Sequence record: ON528738
Reading direction: 5' to 3' (one strand)
Length of the DNA stretch: 64,000 bases
DNA from: Shigella phage ESh28
The notes under the pieces are model-generated. The model was not told where the DNA came from. It saw only the letters and a program-made list of their open reading frames with translations, and did not search any database. The translations under genes were made by a program, and so were the position numbers. Positions within the stretch are counted from its first letter, which is position 1; the number at the start of each line of letters is the position of its first letter. Shown here piece after piece: positions 54,877-64,000 of the stretch.

Positions 54877-55248
54877 ATGTTTAAAATCGGTAAGAAATAT
54901 CGTATTCGCGAAGGCGAAGAAAAGAAATATCTAATGTCTGCTATTTATAGGAATGGTTCTATTAATGCTGTAATATCTACAAGCGAATTTATCGTTGAAG
55001 ATATGAAAGGTAATAATGTTACAATGATTAGTACAGCATCTGGAAATGATGGAAAAATTCTTCACAGTTTTCAGAGTAATGTTCTAATTTATGATGAAGA
55101 ATTTGACTTCTTCGAAGAAGTTCCTGAAGATTTTGATTTTGAATGCACCATCACTATGAAATCTGGTGACCCTCTTTCATTTACGGTTAAAGATGAAAGA
55201 AGTCGCTTGAGAATTATTAGTCTTCTTCAAGCCATTAAATTTGAGTGA
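54877..55248 (+). CDS. hypothetical protein, 123 aa
   Basis: Track ORF 54871..55248 (GTG) trimmed to ATG. Confidence 0.5.
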   Translation: MFKIGKKYRIREGEEKKYLMSAIYRNGSINAVISTSEFIVEDMKGNNVTMISTASGNDGKILHSFQSNVLIYDEEFDFFEEVPEDFDFECTITMKSGDPLSFTVKDERSRLRIISLLQAIKFE

Positions 55249-55252
55249 AATT

Positions 55253-55513
55253 ATGAAATATGTTAATCGTTCTATCGCGGCATTAGTATTAGCAGTATCT
55301 TTAGTAGGATGTACTGATGCTGATAATGCAACCAAAGTTTTGTCTTCAAGTGGTTTTACTAATATTGAAATCACTGGATATAATTGGTTCGGTTGCTCTG
55401 AAAATGATTTCCAGCATACTGGATTTCGTGCTATTGGACCTACCGGGCAGAAAGTAGAAGGAACAGTATGTTCTGGTCTATTCTTCAAGGATTCGACTAT
55501 CCGTTTTAAATAA
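55253..55513 (+). CDS. small lipoprotein, 86 aa
   Basis: Track ORF 55241..55513 trimmed to ATG; signal peptide with lipobox LVGC. Confidence 0.5.
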   Translation: MKYVNRSIAALVLAVSLVGCTDADNATKVLSSSGFTNIEITGYNWFGCSENDFQHTGFRAIGPTGQKVEGTVCSGLFFKDSTIRFK

Positions 55514-55532
55514 AAGGCCTTCGGGCCTTTAG
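55513..55532 (+). terminator. rho-independent terminator
   Basis: aggcc-ttcg-ggcct followed by ttagcttt. Confidence 0.6.
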
Positions 55533-55582
55533 CTTTATGATTACCGGAGTATAATATTCCCGAAACCAAACGAGGATAAGTG

Positions 55583-57400
55583 ATGATTAAGAATGAAATT
55601 AAAATTCTGAGCGATATTGAACATATCAAAAAGCGTAGCGGCATGTACATTGGTTCTTCTGCTAATGAAATGCATGAGCGCTTTCTGTTTGGTAAATGGG
55701 AAAGTGTTCAGTATGTACCTGGTCTTGTTAAGCTTATTGATGAAATTATCGATAACTCAGTAGATGAAGGTATTCGTACTAAGTTTAAATTCGCAAATAA
55801 AATTAATGTTACTATTAAAAACAATCAAGTAACAGTTGAAGATAACGGTCGTGGTATTCCGCAAGCGATGGTTAAAACACCTACCGGTGAAGAAATTCCT
55901 GGTCCTGTTGCTGCCTGGACTATTCCAAAAGCAGGTGGTAACTTCGGTGATGATAAAGAACGCGTCACTGGTGGTATGAATGGTGTTGGTTCTAGTTTGA
56001 CAAATATTTTTTCTGTGATGTTTGTCGGTGAAACTGGCGACGGTCAAAATAATATTGTAGTTCGTTGTTCAAATGGCATGGAAAATAAATCGTGGGAAGA
56101 TATTCCTGGAAAATGGAAAGGAACTCGCGTTACTTTCATTCCTGATTTTATGTCATTTGAAACTAATGAGCTATCTCAAGTTTATCTTGACATTACGCTA
56201 GATCGTCTTCAGACACTTGCAGTAGTTTATCCTGATATTCAATTTACCTTTAATGGTAAAAAGGTTCAGGGTAATTTTAAGAAATACGCACGCCAATATG
56301 ATGAGCATGCTATCGTTCAAGAACAAGAAAACTGTTCTATTGCGGTTGGTCGTTCACCGGATGGTTTTCGTCAATTAACATACGTCAATAACATTCATAC
56401 TAAGAATGGTGGCCATCACATTGACTGTGTTATGGATGATATTTGTGAAGACCTTATTCCACAAATCAAACGTAAATTTAAAATTGACGTAACTAAAGCA
56501 CGTGTTAAAGAATGTTTGACTATCGTTATGTTTGTTCGTGATATGAAAAACATGCGATTTGACTCTCAAACTAAAGAGCGTCTGACTTCTCCATTTGGTG
56601 AAATCCGTAGTCATATTCAGCTTGATGCTAAAAAGATTTCACGTGCTATTTTAAATAATGAAGCGATTTTAATGCCAATTATTGAAGCTGCCTTGGCTCG
56701 TAAATTGGCGGCAGAAAAAGCAGCAGAAACTAAAGCAGCTAAAAAGGCTTCTAAAGCTAAGGTTCATAAACATATCAAAGCGAATCTTTGTGGTAAAGAT
56801 GCTGACACTACTCTTTTCTTGACTGAGGGTGATTCTGCTATCGGATATCTTATTGATGTTCGTGATAAAGAACTTCACGGTGGTTATCCATTGCGTGGTA
56901 AAGTTCTCAACAGTTGGGGTATGTCATATGCTGATATGCTTAAAAACAAAGAACTGTTTGATATTTGCGCAATCACTGGATTAGTTCTTGGTGAAAAAGC
57001 TGAAAACTTGAATTATCATAATATTGCTATTATGACTGATGCTGACCATGATGGTCTAGGAAGCATTTATCCTTCTCTGCTCGGATTTTTTAGTAATTGG
57101 CCAGAATTGTTTGAGCAAGGACGAATTCGCTTTGTCAAAACTCCTGTAATCATCGCTCAGGTCGGTAAAAAACAAGAATGGTTTTATACAGTCGCTGAAT
57201 ATGAGAGTGCTAAAGATGCTCTACCTAAACATAGCATCCGTTATATTAAGGGACTTGGCTCTTTGGAAAAATCTGAATATCGTGAGATGATTCAGAACCC
57301 AGTATATGATGTTGTTAAACTTCCTGAGAACTGGAAAGAGCTTTTTGAAATGCTCATGGGAGATAATGCTGACCTTCGCAAAGAATGGATGAGCCAGTAG
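55583..57400 (+). CDS. 39: DNA topoisomerase II large subunit gp39, unsplit (GyrB-like ATPase plus Toprim)
   Basis: 605 aa; GHKL ATPase motifs (EDNGRGIP) and Toprim EGDSA...DADHDG in one ORF. Confidence 0.9.
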   Translation: MIKNEIKILSDIEHIKKRSGMYIGSSANEMHERFLFGKWESVQYVPGLVKLIDEIIDNSVDEGIRTKFKFANKINVTIKNNQVTVEDNGRGIPQAMVKTPTGEEIPGPVAAWTIPKAGGNFGDDKERVTGGMNGVGSSLTNIFSVMFVGETGDGQNNIVVRCSNGMENKSWEDIPGKWKGTRVTFIPDFMSFETNELSQVYLDITLDRLQTLAVVYPDIQFTFNGKKVQGNFKKYARQYDEHAIVQEQENCSIAVGRSPDGFRQLTYVNNIHTKNGGHHIDCVMDDICEDLIPQIKRKFKIDVTKARVKECLTIVMFVRDMKNMRFDSQTKERLTSPFGEIRSHIQLDAKKISRAILNNEAILMPIIEAALARKLAAEKAAETKAAKKASKAKVHKHIKANLCGKDADTTLFLTEGDSAIGYLIDVRDKELHGGYPLRGKVLNSWGMSYADMLKNKELFDICAITGLVLGEKAENLNYHNIAIMTDADHDGLGSIYPSLLGFFSNWPELFEQGRIRFVKTPVIIAQVGKKQEWFYTVAEYESAKDALPKHSIRYIKGLGSLEKSEYREMIQNPVYDVVKLPENWKELFEMLMGDNADLRKEWMSQ

Positions 57401-57431
57401 TTTACTTTACCACAAGGATGTGGTATAATTA
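57398..57431 (+). promoter_or_regulatory. T4-type early promoter (copy of 13499..13532)
   Basis: gtttactttaccacaaggatgtggtataat, one mismatch to the copy at 13501. Confidence 0.6.
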
Positions 57432-57454
57432 ATTGGGCAAATGAGGATATTAGA

Positions 57455-57658
57455 ATGAAATCATATAAAGTAAATTTAGAACTTTTTGATAAAGCAGTTC
57501 ATCGAGAATATAGAATCATTCAACGCTTTTTCGATATGGGAGAAGCCGAAGAATTTAAAAACCGCTTTAAAGATATTAGAGATAAAATTCAATCCGACAC
57601 CGCAACTAAAGATGAACTACTAGAAGTTGCTGAAGTTATTAAACGCAATATGAATTAA
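57455..57658 (+). CDS. hypothetical protein, 67 aa (T4 rIIA.1 position)
   Basis: Track ORF with gaggatatt RBS. Confidence 0.5.
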   Translation: MKSYKVNLELFDKAVHREYRIIQRFFDMGEAEEFKNRFKDIRDKIQSDTATKDELLEVAEVIKRNMN

Positions 57659-57668
57659 TGAGGAAATT

Positions 57669-59846
57669 ATGATTATCACCACTGAAAAAGAAACAATTCT
57701 TGGTAATGGTTCTAAATCAAAAGCATTTAGCATCACAGCATCTCCTAAAGTATTTAAAATTCTGTCATCTGATTTGTATACAAACAAAATTCGCGCAGTA
57801 GTCCGTGAATTGATTACCAACATGATTGATGCCCATGCTCTCAATGGAAATCCTGAAAAATTTATCATTCAAGTTCCTGGACGTTTAGATCCACGATTTG
57901 TTTGCCGAGATTTTGGTCCAGGTATGAGTGATTTTGATATTCAGGGTGATGATAATTCTCCTGGTTTGTATAATTCATACTTCAGTTCATCTAAGGCTGA
58001 ATCTAACGATTTCATTGGCGGATTTGGTTTAGGTTCTAAATCTCCGTTTAGTTATACTGATACATTTAGTATTACTTCATATCATAAAGGCGAAATTCGT
58101 GGTTATGTAGCTTACATGGATGGTGATGGTCCGCAAATTAAACCTACATTCGTAAAAGAAATGGGTCCAGACGATAAAACTGGTATTGAAATCGTAGTTC
58201 CAGTTGAAGAAAAAGACTTTAGAAACTTTGCTTATGAAGTTTCTTATATCATGCGACCATTCAAAGATTTGGCTATCATTAATGGTCTTGACCGCGAAAT
58301 TGATTATTTTCCGGATTTTGATGATTATTACGGTGTAAATCCAGAAAGATACTGGCCTGATCGCGGTGGATTATATGCTATCTATGGCGGTATTGTTTAT
58401 CCTATTGATGGTGTTATTAGAGACCGCAACTGGTTAAGCATTCGCAATGAAGTGAATTACATTAAGTTTCCAATGGGTTCACTGGATATTGCTCCATCAC
58501 GCGAAGCTCTTTCACTGGACGATCGCACTCGCAAAAATATTATTGAACGAGTTAAAGAACTCAGTGAGAAAGCATTTAATGAAGATGTAAAACGATTTAA
58601 AGAATCTACATCTCCTCGTCACACATATCGTGAATTGATGAAGATGGGATATTCTGCTCGAGATTATATGATTAGTAATTCAGTCAAATTCACGACTAAA
58701 AATCTGTCATATAAAAAGATGCAGAGCATGTTTGAACCTGATAGTAAGTTATGCAACGCGGGAGTTGTGTATGAAGTAAATCTTGACCCTCGACTGAAAC
58801 GCATTAAGCAAAGCCATGAAACTTCAGCCGTTGCATCAAGTTATCGTCTGTTTGGTATTAATACAACAAAAATTAATATCGTTATTGATAATATTAAAAA
58901 TCGTGTTAATATTGTCCGCGGATTAGCACGAGCGTTAGATGATAGTGAATTTAATAACACTTTGAATATTCATCATAATGAGCGTCTTCTGTTTATTAAT
59001 CCAGAAGTAGAATCGCAGATTGATTTACTTCCTGATATTATGGCGATGTTTGAAAGTGATGAAGTTAACATTCATTATTTGTCAGAAATTGAAGCTTTAG
59101 TTAAAAGCTATATTCCAAAGGTAGTTAAAAGTAAAGCTCCTCGTCCTAAAGCTGCTACAGCATTTAAGTTTGAAATTAAAGACGGACGCTGGGAAAAAGA
59201 GGAACTATTTACGCTCACATCAGAAGCAGATGAAATTACTGGTTATGTAGCGTATATGCATCGTTCTGATATTTTCTCTATGGATGGTACTACATCTCTT
59301 TGTCATCCATCTATGAATATTTTGATTCGTATGGCTAATCTTATTGGCATTAATGAATTTTATGTTATTCGTCCGCTTTTACAGAAAAAGGTAAAAGAAC
59401 TCGGTCAGTGCCAATGTATTTTTGAAGCTTTGCGTGATTTATATGTAGATGCTTTTGATGATGTAGATTATGATAAGTACGTAGGTTATTCAAGTTCAGC
59501 TCAACGATATATTGATAAAATTATCAAGTATCCTGAACTAGATTTTATGATGAAGTACTTCAGTGTAGATGAAGTTTCTGAAGAATATACACGACTCGCT
59601 AATATGGTTAGTTCATTACAGGGTGTATATTTTAATGGTGGAAAAGATACCATCGGTCATGACATCTGGACAGTAACTAATCTTTTTGATGTATTATCAA
59701 ATAATGCTTCAAAAAATAGTGATAAAATGGTTGCTGAGTTTACCAAGAAATTCCGTATTGTTTCCGACTTCATTGGTTATCGCAATTCTTTAAGCGATGA
59801 TGAAGTTTCCCAAATCGCTAAAACTATGAAGGCCCTTGCGGCCTAA
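57669..59846 (+). CDS. rIIA: rIIA
   Basis: 725 aa; N-terminal GHKL-like ATPase motifs; matches T4 rIIA length and position. Confidence 0.9.
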   Translation: MIITTEKETILGNGSKSKAFSITASPKVFKILSSDLYTNKIRAVVRELITNMIDAHALNGNPEKFIIQVPGRLDPRFVCRDFGPGMSDFDIQGDDNSPGLYNSYFSSSKAESNDFIGGFGLGSKSPFSYTDTFSITSYHKGEIRGYVAYMDGDGPQIKPTFVKEMGPDDKTGIEIVVPVEEKDFRNFAYEVSYIMRPFKDLAIINGLDREIDYFPDFDDYYGVNPERYWPDRGGLYAIYGGIVYPIDGVIRDRNWLSIRNEVNYIKFPMGSLDIAPSREALSLDDRTRKNIIERVKELSEKAFNEDVKRFKESTSPRHTYRELMKMGYSARDYMISNSVKFTTKNLSYKKMQSMFEPDSKLCNAGVVYEVNLDPRLKRIKQSHETSAVASSYRLFGINTTKINIVIDNIKNRVNIVRGLARALDDSEFNNTLNIHHNERLLFINPEVESQIDLLPDIMAMFESDEVNIHYLSEIEALVKSYIPKVVKSKAPRPKAATAFKFEIKDGRWEKEELFTLTSEADEITGYVAYMHRSDIFSMDGTTSLCHPSMNILIRMANLIGINEFYVIRPLLQKKVKELGQCQCIFEALRDLYVDAFDDVDYDKYVGYSSSAQRYIDKIIKYPELDFMMKYFSVDEVSEEYTRLANMVSSLQGVYFNGGKDTIGHDIWTVTNLFDVLSNNASKNSDKMVAEFTKKFRIVSDFIGYRNSLSDDEVSQIAKTMKALAA

Positions 59847-59857
59847 TAAGGAAAATT

Positions 59858-60796
59858 ATGTACAATATTAAATGCCTGACCAAAAACGAACAAGCTGAAA
59901 TTGTTAAATTGTATTCAAGTGGTAATTACACCCAACAGGAATTGGCTGATTGGCAAGGTGTATCGGTTGACACAATCCGTCGTGTTTTGAAAAATGCTGA
60001 AGAAGCTAAACGCTCTAAAGTTACTATTAGTGGTGATATTACAGTTAAAGTTAATAGCGATGCAGTTATTGCTCCAGTTGCTAAATCTGACATTATTTGG
60101 AATGCATCTAAAAAATTCATTTCAATTACTGTTGACGGTGTAACTTATAATGCAACTCCTAATACTCATTCAAACTTCCAGGAAATTCTTAATCTGCTCG
60201 TAGCAGATAAGTTAGAAGAAGCGGCACAAAAAATTAATGTTCGTCGCGCTGTTGAAAAATATATTTCCGGTGATGTTCGAATTGAAGGTGGAAGCTTGTT
60301 CTATCAAAATATTGAATTGCGGTCTGGTTTGGTTGATCGTATTCTTGATTCGATGGAAAAAGGTGAAAACTTTGAATTTTATTTTCCGTTCTTGGAAAAT
60401 CTGCTGGAAAACCCAAGCCAGAAAGCGGTATCTCGACTCTTTGATTTCTTGGTAGCAAACGATATTGAAATTACAGAAGATGGTTACTTCTATGCTTGGA
60501 AAGTAGTTCGCAGCAATTACTTTGACTGTCACTCAAATACCTTTGATAACAGTCCGGGTAAAGTAGTTAAAATGCCGCGTACTCGCGTGAATGACGATGA
60601 TACACAAACTTGTTCTCGTGGTCTGCATGTGTGTTCTAAATCTTATATTCGTCACTTTGGCAGTTCAACCAGCCGAGTTGTAAAAGTTAAAGTGCATCCG
60701 CGTGATGTAGTATCAATTCCGATTGATTACAACGATGCTAAAATGCGTACCTGCCAATACGAAGTAGTTGAAGACGTTACTGAACAATTTAAATAA
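59858..60796 (+). CDS. rIIB: rIIB
   Basis: 312 aa, MYNIKCLTKNEQAEIVKLYSSGNYTQQELADW; matches T4 rIIB. Confidence 0.9.
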   Translation: MYNIKCLTKNEQAEIVKLYSSGNYTQQELADWQGVSVDTIRRVLKNAEEAKRSKVTISGDITVKVNSDAVIAPVAKSDIIWNASKKFISITVDGVTYNATPNTHSNFQEILNLLVADKLEEAAQKINVRRAVEKYISGDVRIEGGSLFYQNIELRSGLVDRILDSMEKGENFEFYFPFLENLLENPSQKAVSRLFDFLVANDIEITEDGYFYAWKVVRSNYFDCHSNTFDNSPGKVVKMPRTRVNDDDTQTCSRGLHVCSKSYIRHFGSSTSRVVKVKVHPRDVVSIPIDYNDAKMRTCQYEVVEDVTEQFK

Positions 60797-60815
60797 GGGC
60801 TTCGGCCCTTAACTG
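60795..60815 (+). terminator. terminator-like UUCG hairpin (no clear U tract)
   Basis: aagggc-ttcg-gccctt followed by aactg. Confidence 0.4.
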
Positions 60816-60824
60816 AGGAAAATT

Positions 60825-61019
60825 ATGTTAGGTTATCAAGCACGAGTAAAAGAAGAATACGATCAATTAATGCTCAAAATTAATGCACTGAGCAAATTTT
60901 TAGAAAGCGCAAAGTTTCTAACAGTTAATGCAGTTGAGCAAGAACTGTTACTTTCGCAGTTTATCTCAATGAAATCTTATGCTGAATGTCTAGAGAAAAG
61001 AATTGCACAATTCAAATAA
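60825..61019 (+). CDS. hypothetical protein, 64 aa
   Basis: Track ORF with gaggaaaatt RBS. Confidence 0.5.
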   Translation: MLGYQARVKEEYDQLMLKINALSKFLESAKFLTVNAVEQELLLSQFISMKSYAECLEKRIAQFK

Positions 61020-61020
61020 A

Positions 61021-61045
61021 ATAAGGGCTTCGGCCCTTTTGTTTT
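61021..61045 (+). terminator. rho-independent terminator
   Basis: aagggc-ttcg-gccctt followed by ttgtttt. Confidence 0.7.
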
Positions 61046-61105
61046 AAGAGAAATTATGATTTATTATATGAATACCAGTGATTCAGACATAAAAGGAAAG
61101 TTTAA

Positions 61106-61663
61106 ATGCAGAAAACGAATCCGGGGTTACAGAGACTATTTCAGATTCCGACATTTACCCTATCGAACAGTGACTTGACTAGTGAAATGAAGGTCAAAAT
61201 TGTTGATACTGCAAGATACTCTTTAAAACAAAACCCAAATCAGGATAAGGCAGAAGTTATCGAAAGATGCCGTATCGCGGTGTACGCAGAGTTTTTTGTA
61301 GCAGATTGGTTGAGCGGGTATGTTAACAAAGGCCAAGAGGATGTTAATGACCCGTATACATACGCATGGGATGTATTGGCGCATCCAAGATACTGCGGGC
61401 TTCGTGTAGAAGTTAAGACACATCAAACTGACTCACGTTGGATTTCTGTAACAACAGGATGCAGCGGAGAGTATCCATATGGTTCTGGAATAAATCTAGG
61501 GCCCATTCTGAATCATCAGGTCGCTGACTGTATAATTATATTCAACACTAAAGAAATTCATCCAGGTGTCATCCAGTACACTCCGAAGTTCATCGGTGAT
61601 AGAGAAGACCTTCGTAAGGTTGTAAGAAAAAGCAACTACAACGGATGGTATCTTTCCATTTAA
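61106..61663 (+). CDS. denB: endonuclease IV DenB
   Basis: 185 aa; length and position next to rIIB match T4 denB. Confidence 0.75.
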   Translation: MQKTNPGLQRLFQIPTFTLSNSDLTSEMKVKIVDTARYSLKQNPNQDKAEVIERCRIAVYAEFFVADWLSGYVNKGQEDVNDPYTYAWDVLAHPRYCGLRVEVKTHQTDSRWISVTTGCSGEYPYGSGINLGPILNHQVADCIIIFNTKEIHPGVIQYTPKFIGDREDLRKVVRKSNYNGWYLSI

Positions 61664-61677
61664 AAATTTTCACAAAA

Positions 61678-61711
61678 CAGTTTACATACCACAAGGACTG
61701 TGGTACTATAC
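61678..61711 (+). promoter_or_regulatory. T4-type early promoter
   Basis: gtttac 61680-61685, tggtactat 61701-61709, leader caactatcagctacggagga. Confidence 0.6.
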
Positions 61712-61736
61712 AACTATCAGCTACGGAGGAGTAAAA

Positions 61737-62000
61737 ATGAAATTTAAATTTTATTACGCTAAACATAAAATAACTGATGAGTTTGTGTCAGTTGAATATT
61801 CTAGCGACGATGAAGGTATGATTTATACTCGCTTGGGACTATCGCATTGGGAGTCTGATACGCCTTATTTTTCAACTCCCGAAGAAATTACACGCTTAGT
61901 TAATGGTCATATGAATGACCACTGGAATGTAATTCTTTCAGATAGTCTTAAAGCGGCTATTAATAGTAATGAAATGAAAATCGCTGAGATTGAACTATGA
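61737..62000 (+). CDS. hypothetical protein, 87 aa
   Basis: Track ORF with ggaggagt RBS. Confidence 0.5.
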   Translation: MKFKFYYAKHKITDEFVSVEYSSDDEGMIYTRLGLSHWESDTPYFSTPEEITRLVNGHMNDHWNVILSDSLKAAINSNEMKIAEIEL

Positions 62001-62183
62001 GTTCATTGTGGTGGTGTTTTGTTTGGTTAATTAGTATTCCAGTAATTTGTTTAACATTTACTTTTGTGATGAGGTTATTATGAAAATTTTGAATTCTGTA
62101 CTTATTGCTTGTGCGTGGTGGGTTGCGCAAGTTTCAGCAGTAGTAGTTGGTATTCACATTTATTACGAATATTTTTAAAAAAG

Positions 62184-62217
62184 TTGTTTACAAGACTGTT
62201 CCTCTGTGGTACTATAC
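62184..62217 (+). promoter_or_regulatory. T4-type early promoter (cassette copy of 10517..10550)
   Basis: gtttac 62186-62191, tggtactat 62207-62215; one mismatch to the cassette at 10515-10579. Confidence 0.6.
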
Positions 62218-62243
62218 AACTATCAACTACGGAGGAACAGAAA

Positions 62244-62357
62244 ATGAAAAAGATTGTTAAAGCTATATGGAATGTAGTTATAATACTAGTAGTTTTGAGT
62301 ATATTCCCAATCGTTTTAATGATTGATGTATTAAACGCTTACTTTGGATTTATGTGA
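62244..62357 (+). CDS. small membrane peptide, 37 aa
   Basis: ATG with acggagga RBS in the cassette; the longer track ORF 62109..62357 reads through the promoter. Confidence 0.35.
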   Translation: MKKIVKAIWNVVIILVVLSIFPIVLMIDVLNAYFGFM

Positions 62358-62364
62358 GGAAAAT

Positions 62365-62562
62365 ATGAAGCGTAAACGTAGTGCTTTTACATTTATGGAA
62401 TGGTTTTTCGATAATATTTTTCCGGCTTTATTCATTTTCATGCTGATTTTCGCCTTAGGTTCAGTTGTAGTTGGAATCTATTTGATGGCGGTTGTCGGAA
62501 TGGACATTCATCAAAATGGCTTGAAATCTGTGGTTGAAACAATTTGGAATGGTGTAAAATAA
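62365..62562 (+). CDS. small membrane protein, 65 aa
   Basis: Track ORF 62344..62562 trimmed to ATG after gtgaggaaaat; hydrophobic. Confidence 0.45.
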   Translation: MKRKRSAFTFMEWFFDNIFPALFIFMLIFALGSVVVGIYLMAVVGMDIHQNGLKSVVETIWNGVK

Positions 62563-62669
62563 TGAATTTACTAAGCATTTGGTTTTATATTCTCATGTTT
62601 TACGTTGGTGCAAATTTTCCGTATTGGATGGGATGGTCAACAACTGCATTTGGATTTTATACTCCCTGA
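62562..62669 (+). CDS. small hydrophobic peptide, 35 aa
   Basis: TAATG overlap with previous ORF; low confidence. Confidence 0.25.
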   Translation: MNLLSIWFYILMFYVGANFPYWMGWSTTAFGFYTP

Positions 62670-62677
62670 GGTGAATT

Positions 62678-62893
62678 ATGAAAATTTTTAAAGATGTAAA
62701 AGTTGGCGAAATTTTTTGCTTAGATAGTGGTGATCAGTTAATTCGTATTTCACCTCTTAAGAGCACTAGTGAGAAAATGACAGTTAACGCTACTTTAGCA
62801 AATAACAGCAATGAACGCTTCTGTATTGAAAATGATACTGAAACTTATACCGTAGAAGAGTTCTGGGAATTGAGCGTCGACTGCGACGATTAA
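62678..62893 (+). CDS. hypothetical protein, 71 aa
   Basis: Track ORF with gaggtgaatt RBS. Confidence 0.5.
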   Translation: MKIFKDVKVGEIFCLDSGDQLIRISPLKSTSEKMTVNATLANNSNERFCIENDTETYTVEEFWELSVDCDD

Positions 62894-62953
62894 TTTATTG
62901 GCCGTGTGTATTCATGCGGCCTTGGAGTAGAAAATAATTTAGAGGAAATTAAT

Positions 62954-63409
62954 ATGAAATACATGACTGTTACTGATCTGAATAATGCAGGTGCTACTGT
63001 TATTGGTACAATCAAGGGCGGTGAATGGGTTTTTGGAACTCCGCATAAAGATATTTTATCTAACCCTGGATTTTACTTTTTAGTGAGTAAATTTGGTGGT
63101 CCATTTGATAGTCCGTGTGTATCTGCACGATTTTATGTAGGTAATCAGCGTTCTAAGCAAGGATTCAGTGCAGTTCTAAGTCATATTCGCCAGCGTCGAT
63201 CTCAGCTTGCGCGTACTATTGCAAATAACAATGTTCCATACACGGTATTTTATCTACCTGCTTCTAAGATGAAACCTCTGACGACGGGATTTGGAAAAGG
63301 TCAGTTAGCTTTAGCGTTTACTCGTAATCATCATTCTGAGTATCAAACGCTTGAAGAAATGAATCGTATGTTGGCTGATAACTTTAAATTTGTTTTGCAG
63401 GCATATTAA
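62954..63409 (+). CDS. ndd: nucleoid disruption protein Ndd
   Basis: Track ORF 62906..63409 trimmed to ATG after agaggaaatt; 151 aa, [25 protein letters not shown]; matches T4 Ndd. Confidence 0.8.
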
Positions 63410-63489
63410 TGAGTAATTTCCATAACGAACATGTAATGCAGTTCTATCGTAACAATCTTAAAACTAAAGGCGTCTTCGGACGCCAGTGA
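63409..63489 (+). CDS. stp: Stp peptide (activator of host PrrC anticodon nuclease), 26 aa
   Basis: [26 protein letters not shown]; TAATG overlap with ndd; matches T4 Stp as recalled. Confidence 0.65.
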
Positions 63490-63496
63490 GGAAAAT

Positions 63497-63655
63497 ATGA
63501 ATATTGCGAAACTATTAGGAGTTATTTCATTTATTTGTTGGATAGTAGCATGTGTTTTAACTATCTGTATTGATGCTAGCAGTGTGTTTTCACAAGCTTT
63601 AGCCCAGGGTATGTGTGCATATTTAACATTTGTGTTGTTATCTACCAATGATTAA
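63497..63655 (+). CDS. small membrane protein, 52 aa (T4 ac position)
   Basis: ATG after gtgaggaaaat RBS; two hydrophobic segments. Confidence 0.4.
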   Translation: MNIAKLLGVISFICWIVACVLTICIDASSVFSQALAQGMCAYLTFVLLSTND

Positions 63656-63788
63656 GAAAATCTTGGGCTATTCATTAGCCCTTGCTACTTTATTGGTAGC
63701 GCTATATTATGGAGTAATGTTCGGATTAATTCAAGTCGTGCTTTTCATTTCTGATGTTATTATGGCACTACATTCACTAGTATGGTAA
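63648..63788 (+). CDS. small membrane peptide, 46 aa
   Basis: ATG overlapping previous ORF end; hydrophobic. Confidence 0.3.
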   Translation: MIKKILGYSLALATLLVALYYGVMFGLIQVVLFISDVIMALHSLVW

Positions 63789-63792
63789 ATTT

Positions 63793-64000
63793 ATGCAACT
63801 GAATAATCGCGATTTAAAAAGTATCATTGATAATGAAGCACTGGCTTATGCTATGTACACGGTTGAAAATCGTGCTATTCCAAATATGATTGATGGATTT
63901 AAGCCAGTTCAACGGTTTGTTATTGCTCGAGCTCTTGATTTGGCACGAGGAAATAAAGATAAGTTTCACAAACTCGCTTCTATTGCAGGTGGTGTAGCGG
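63793..64000 (+). CDS. 52: DNA topoisomerase II medium subunit gp52 (GyrA-like), 5' part only
   Basis: MQLNNRDLKSIIDNEALAYAMYTVENRAIPNMIDGFKPVQRFVIARAL, GyrA/ParC N-terminal signature; ORF runs off window end. Confidence 0.85.
   Translation, partial: MQLNNRDLKSIIDNEALAYAMYTVENRAIPNMIDGFKPVQRFVIARALDLARGNKDKFHKLASIAGGVA

Noticed and set aside
55177-55650. Minus-strand 157-aa ORF spanning the lipoprotein gene, terminator and start of gene 39
   Set aside because: Crosses a + strand terminator hairpin and two gene boundaries; no start signals
5054-61045. Recurrent GGGC-TTCG-GCCC-type hairpins considered as a CRISPR-like or REP-like repeat family
   Set aside because: Copies are irregularly spaced, each follows a stop codon and most precede a T-run; they are intrinsic terminators with a shared UUCG tetraloop, not an array
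62109-62357. 82-aa + strand track ORF upstream of ndd
   Set aside because: Its 5' part reads through an early promoter cassette; the real gene is more likely the 37-codon ORF starting at the cassette ATG (62244)
63406-63648. Minus-strand 80-aa ORF opposite stp and the ac-like gene
   Set aside because: Antisense to two + strand small genes with good RBSs, including the recognisable Stp peptide
1-64000. tRNA genes, CRISPR arrays, insertion sequences or integrase/attachment sites
   Set aside because: No cloverleaf-like GC-rich 70-90 nt segments, no regularly spaced repeats and no transposase or integrase-like ORFs were seen; coding density is continuous and phage-like

Overview
This window is a contiguous early/middle gene block of a T4-like (Tevenvirinae) coliphage, almost entirely on the + strand, corresponding to the reverse complement of the standard T4 map. 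Gene order: small-ORF cluster upstream of tk (3' end of a GrcA-like glycyl-radical gene, probable regB, secreted lytic-transglycosylase-like and macro-domain-like proteins), tk, rI, a long run of uncharacterised ORFs, nrdC, pin, endonuclease VII (49), nrdD, nrdG, nrdH, gp55, alpha-gt, 47, 46, rpbA, 45, 44, 62, regA, DNA polymerase 43, imm, 42, a glycosyltransferase at the beta-gt position, uvsX, 40, 41, dmd, sp, a 61.2-like gene plus a truncated paralog, primase 61, 56, soc, modB, modA, dda, dexA, motB, an unsplit topoisomerase gene 39, rIIA, rIIB, denB, ndd, stp and the start of 52. Assignments rest on reading the translated ORFs against remembered T4 proteins, lengths and synteny; no database search was run, so names given at confidence below about 0.6 are positional guesses. 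Compared with T4 as I remember it, the window has an intron-less nrdD, a fused gene 39 (no mobA/gene 60 split), no dam between 61 and 56, no homing endonuclease genes, and a DxD-motif glycosyltransferase where T4 has beta-gt. No tRNA, CRISPR array or transposable element was recognised. The items I would look at first are the antisense membrane ORF at the missing dam locus, the duplicated 61.2-like gene, the four tandem coiled-coil-tailed genes, the nucleotidyltransferase plus AAA+ ATPase pair, and the repeated promoter-leader cassettes.
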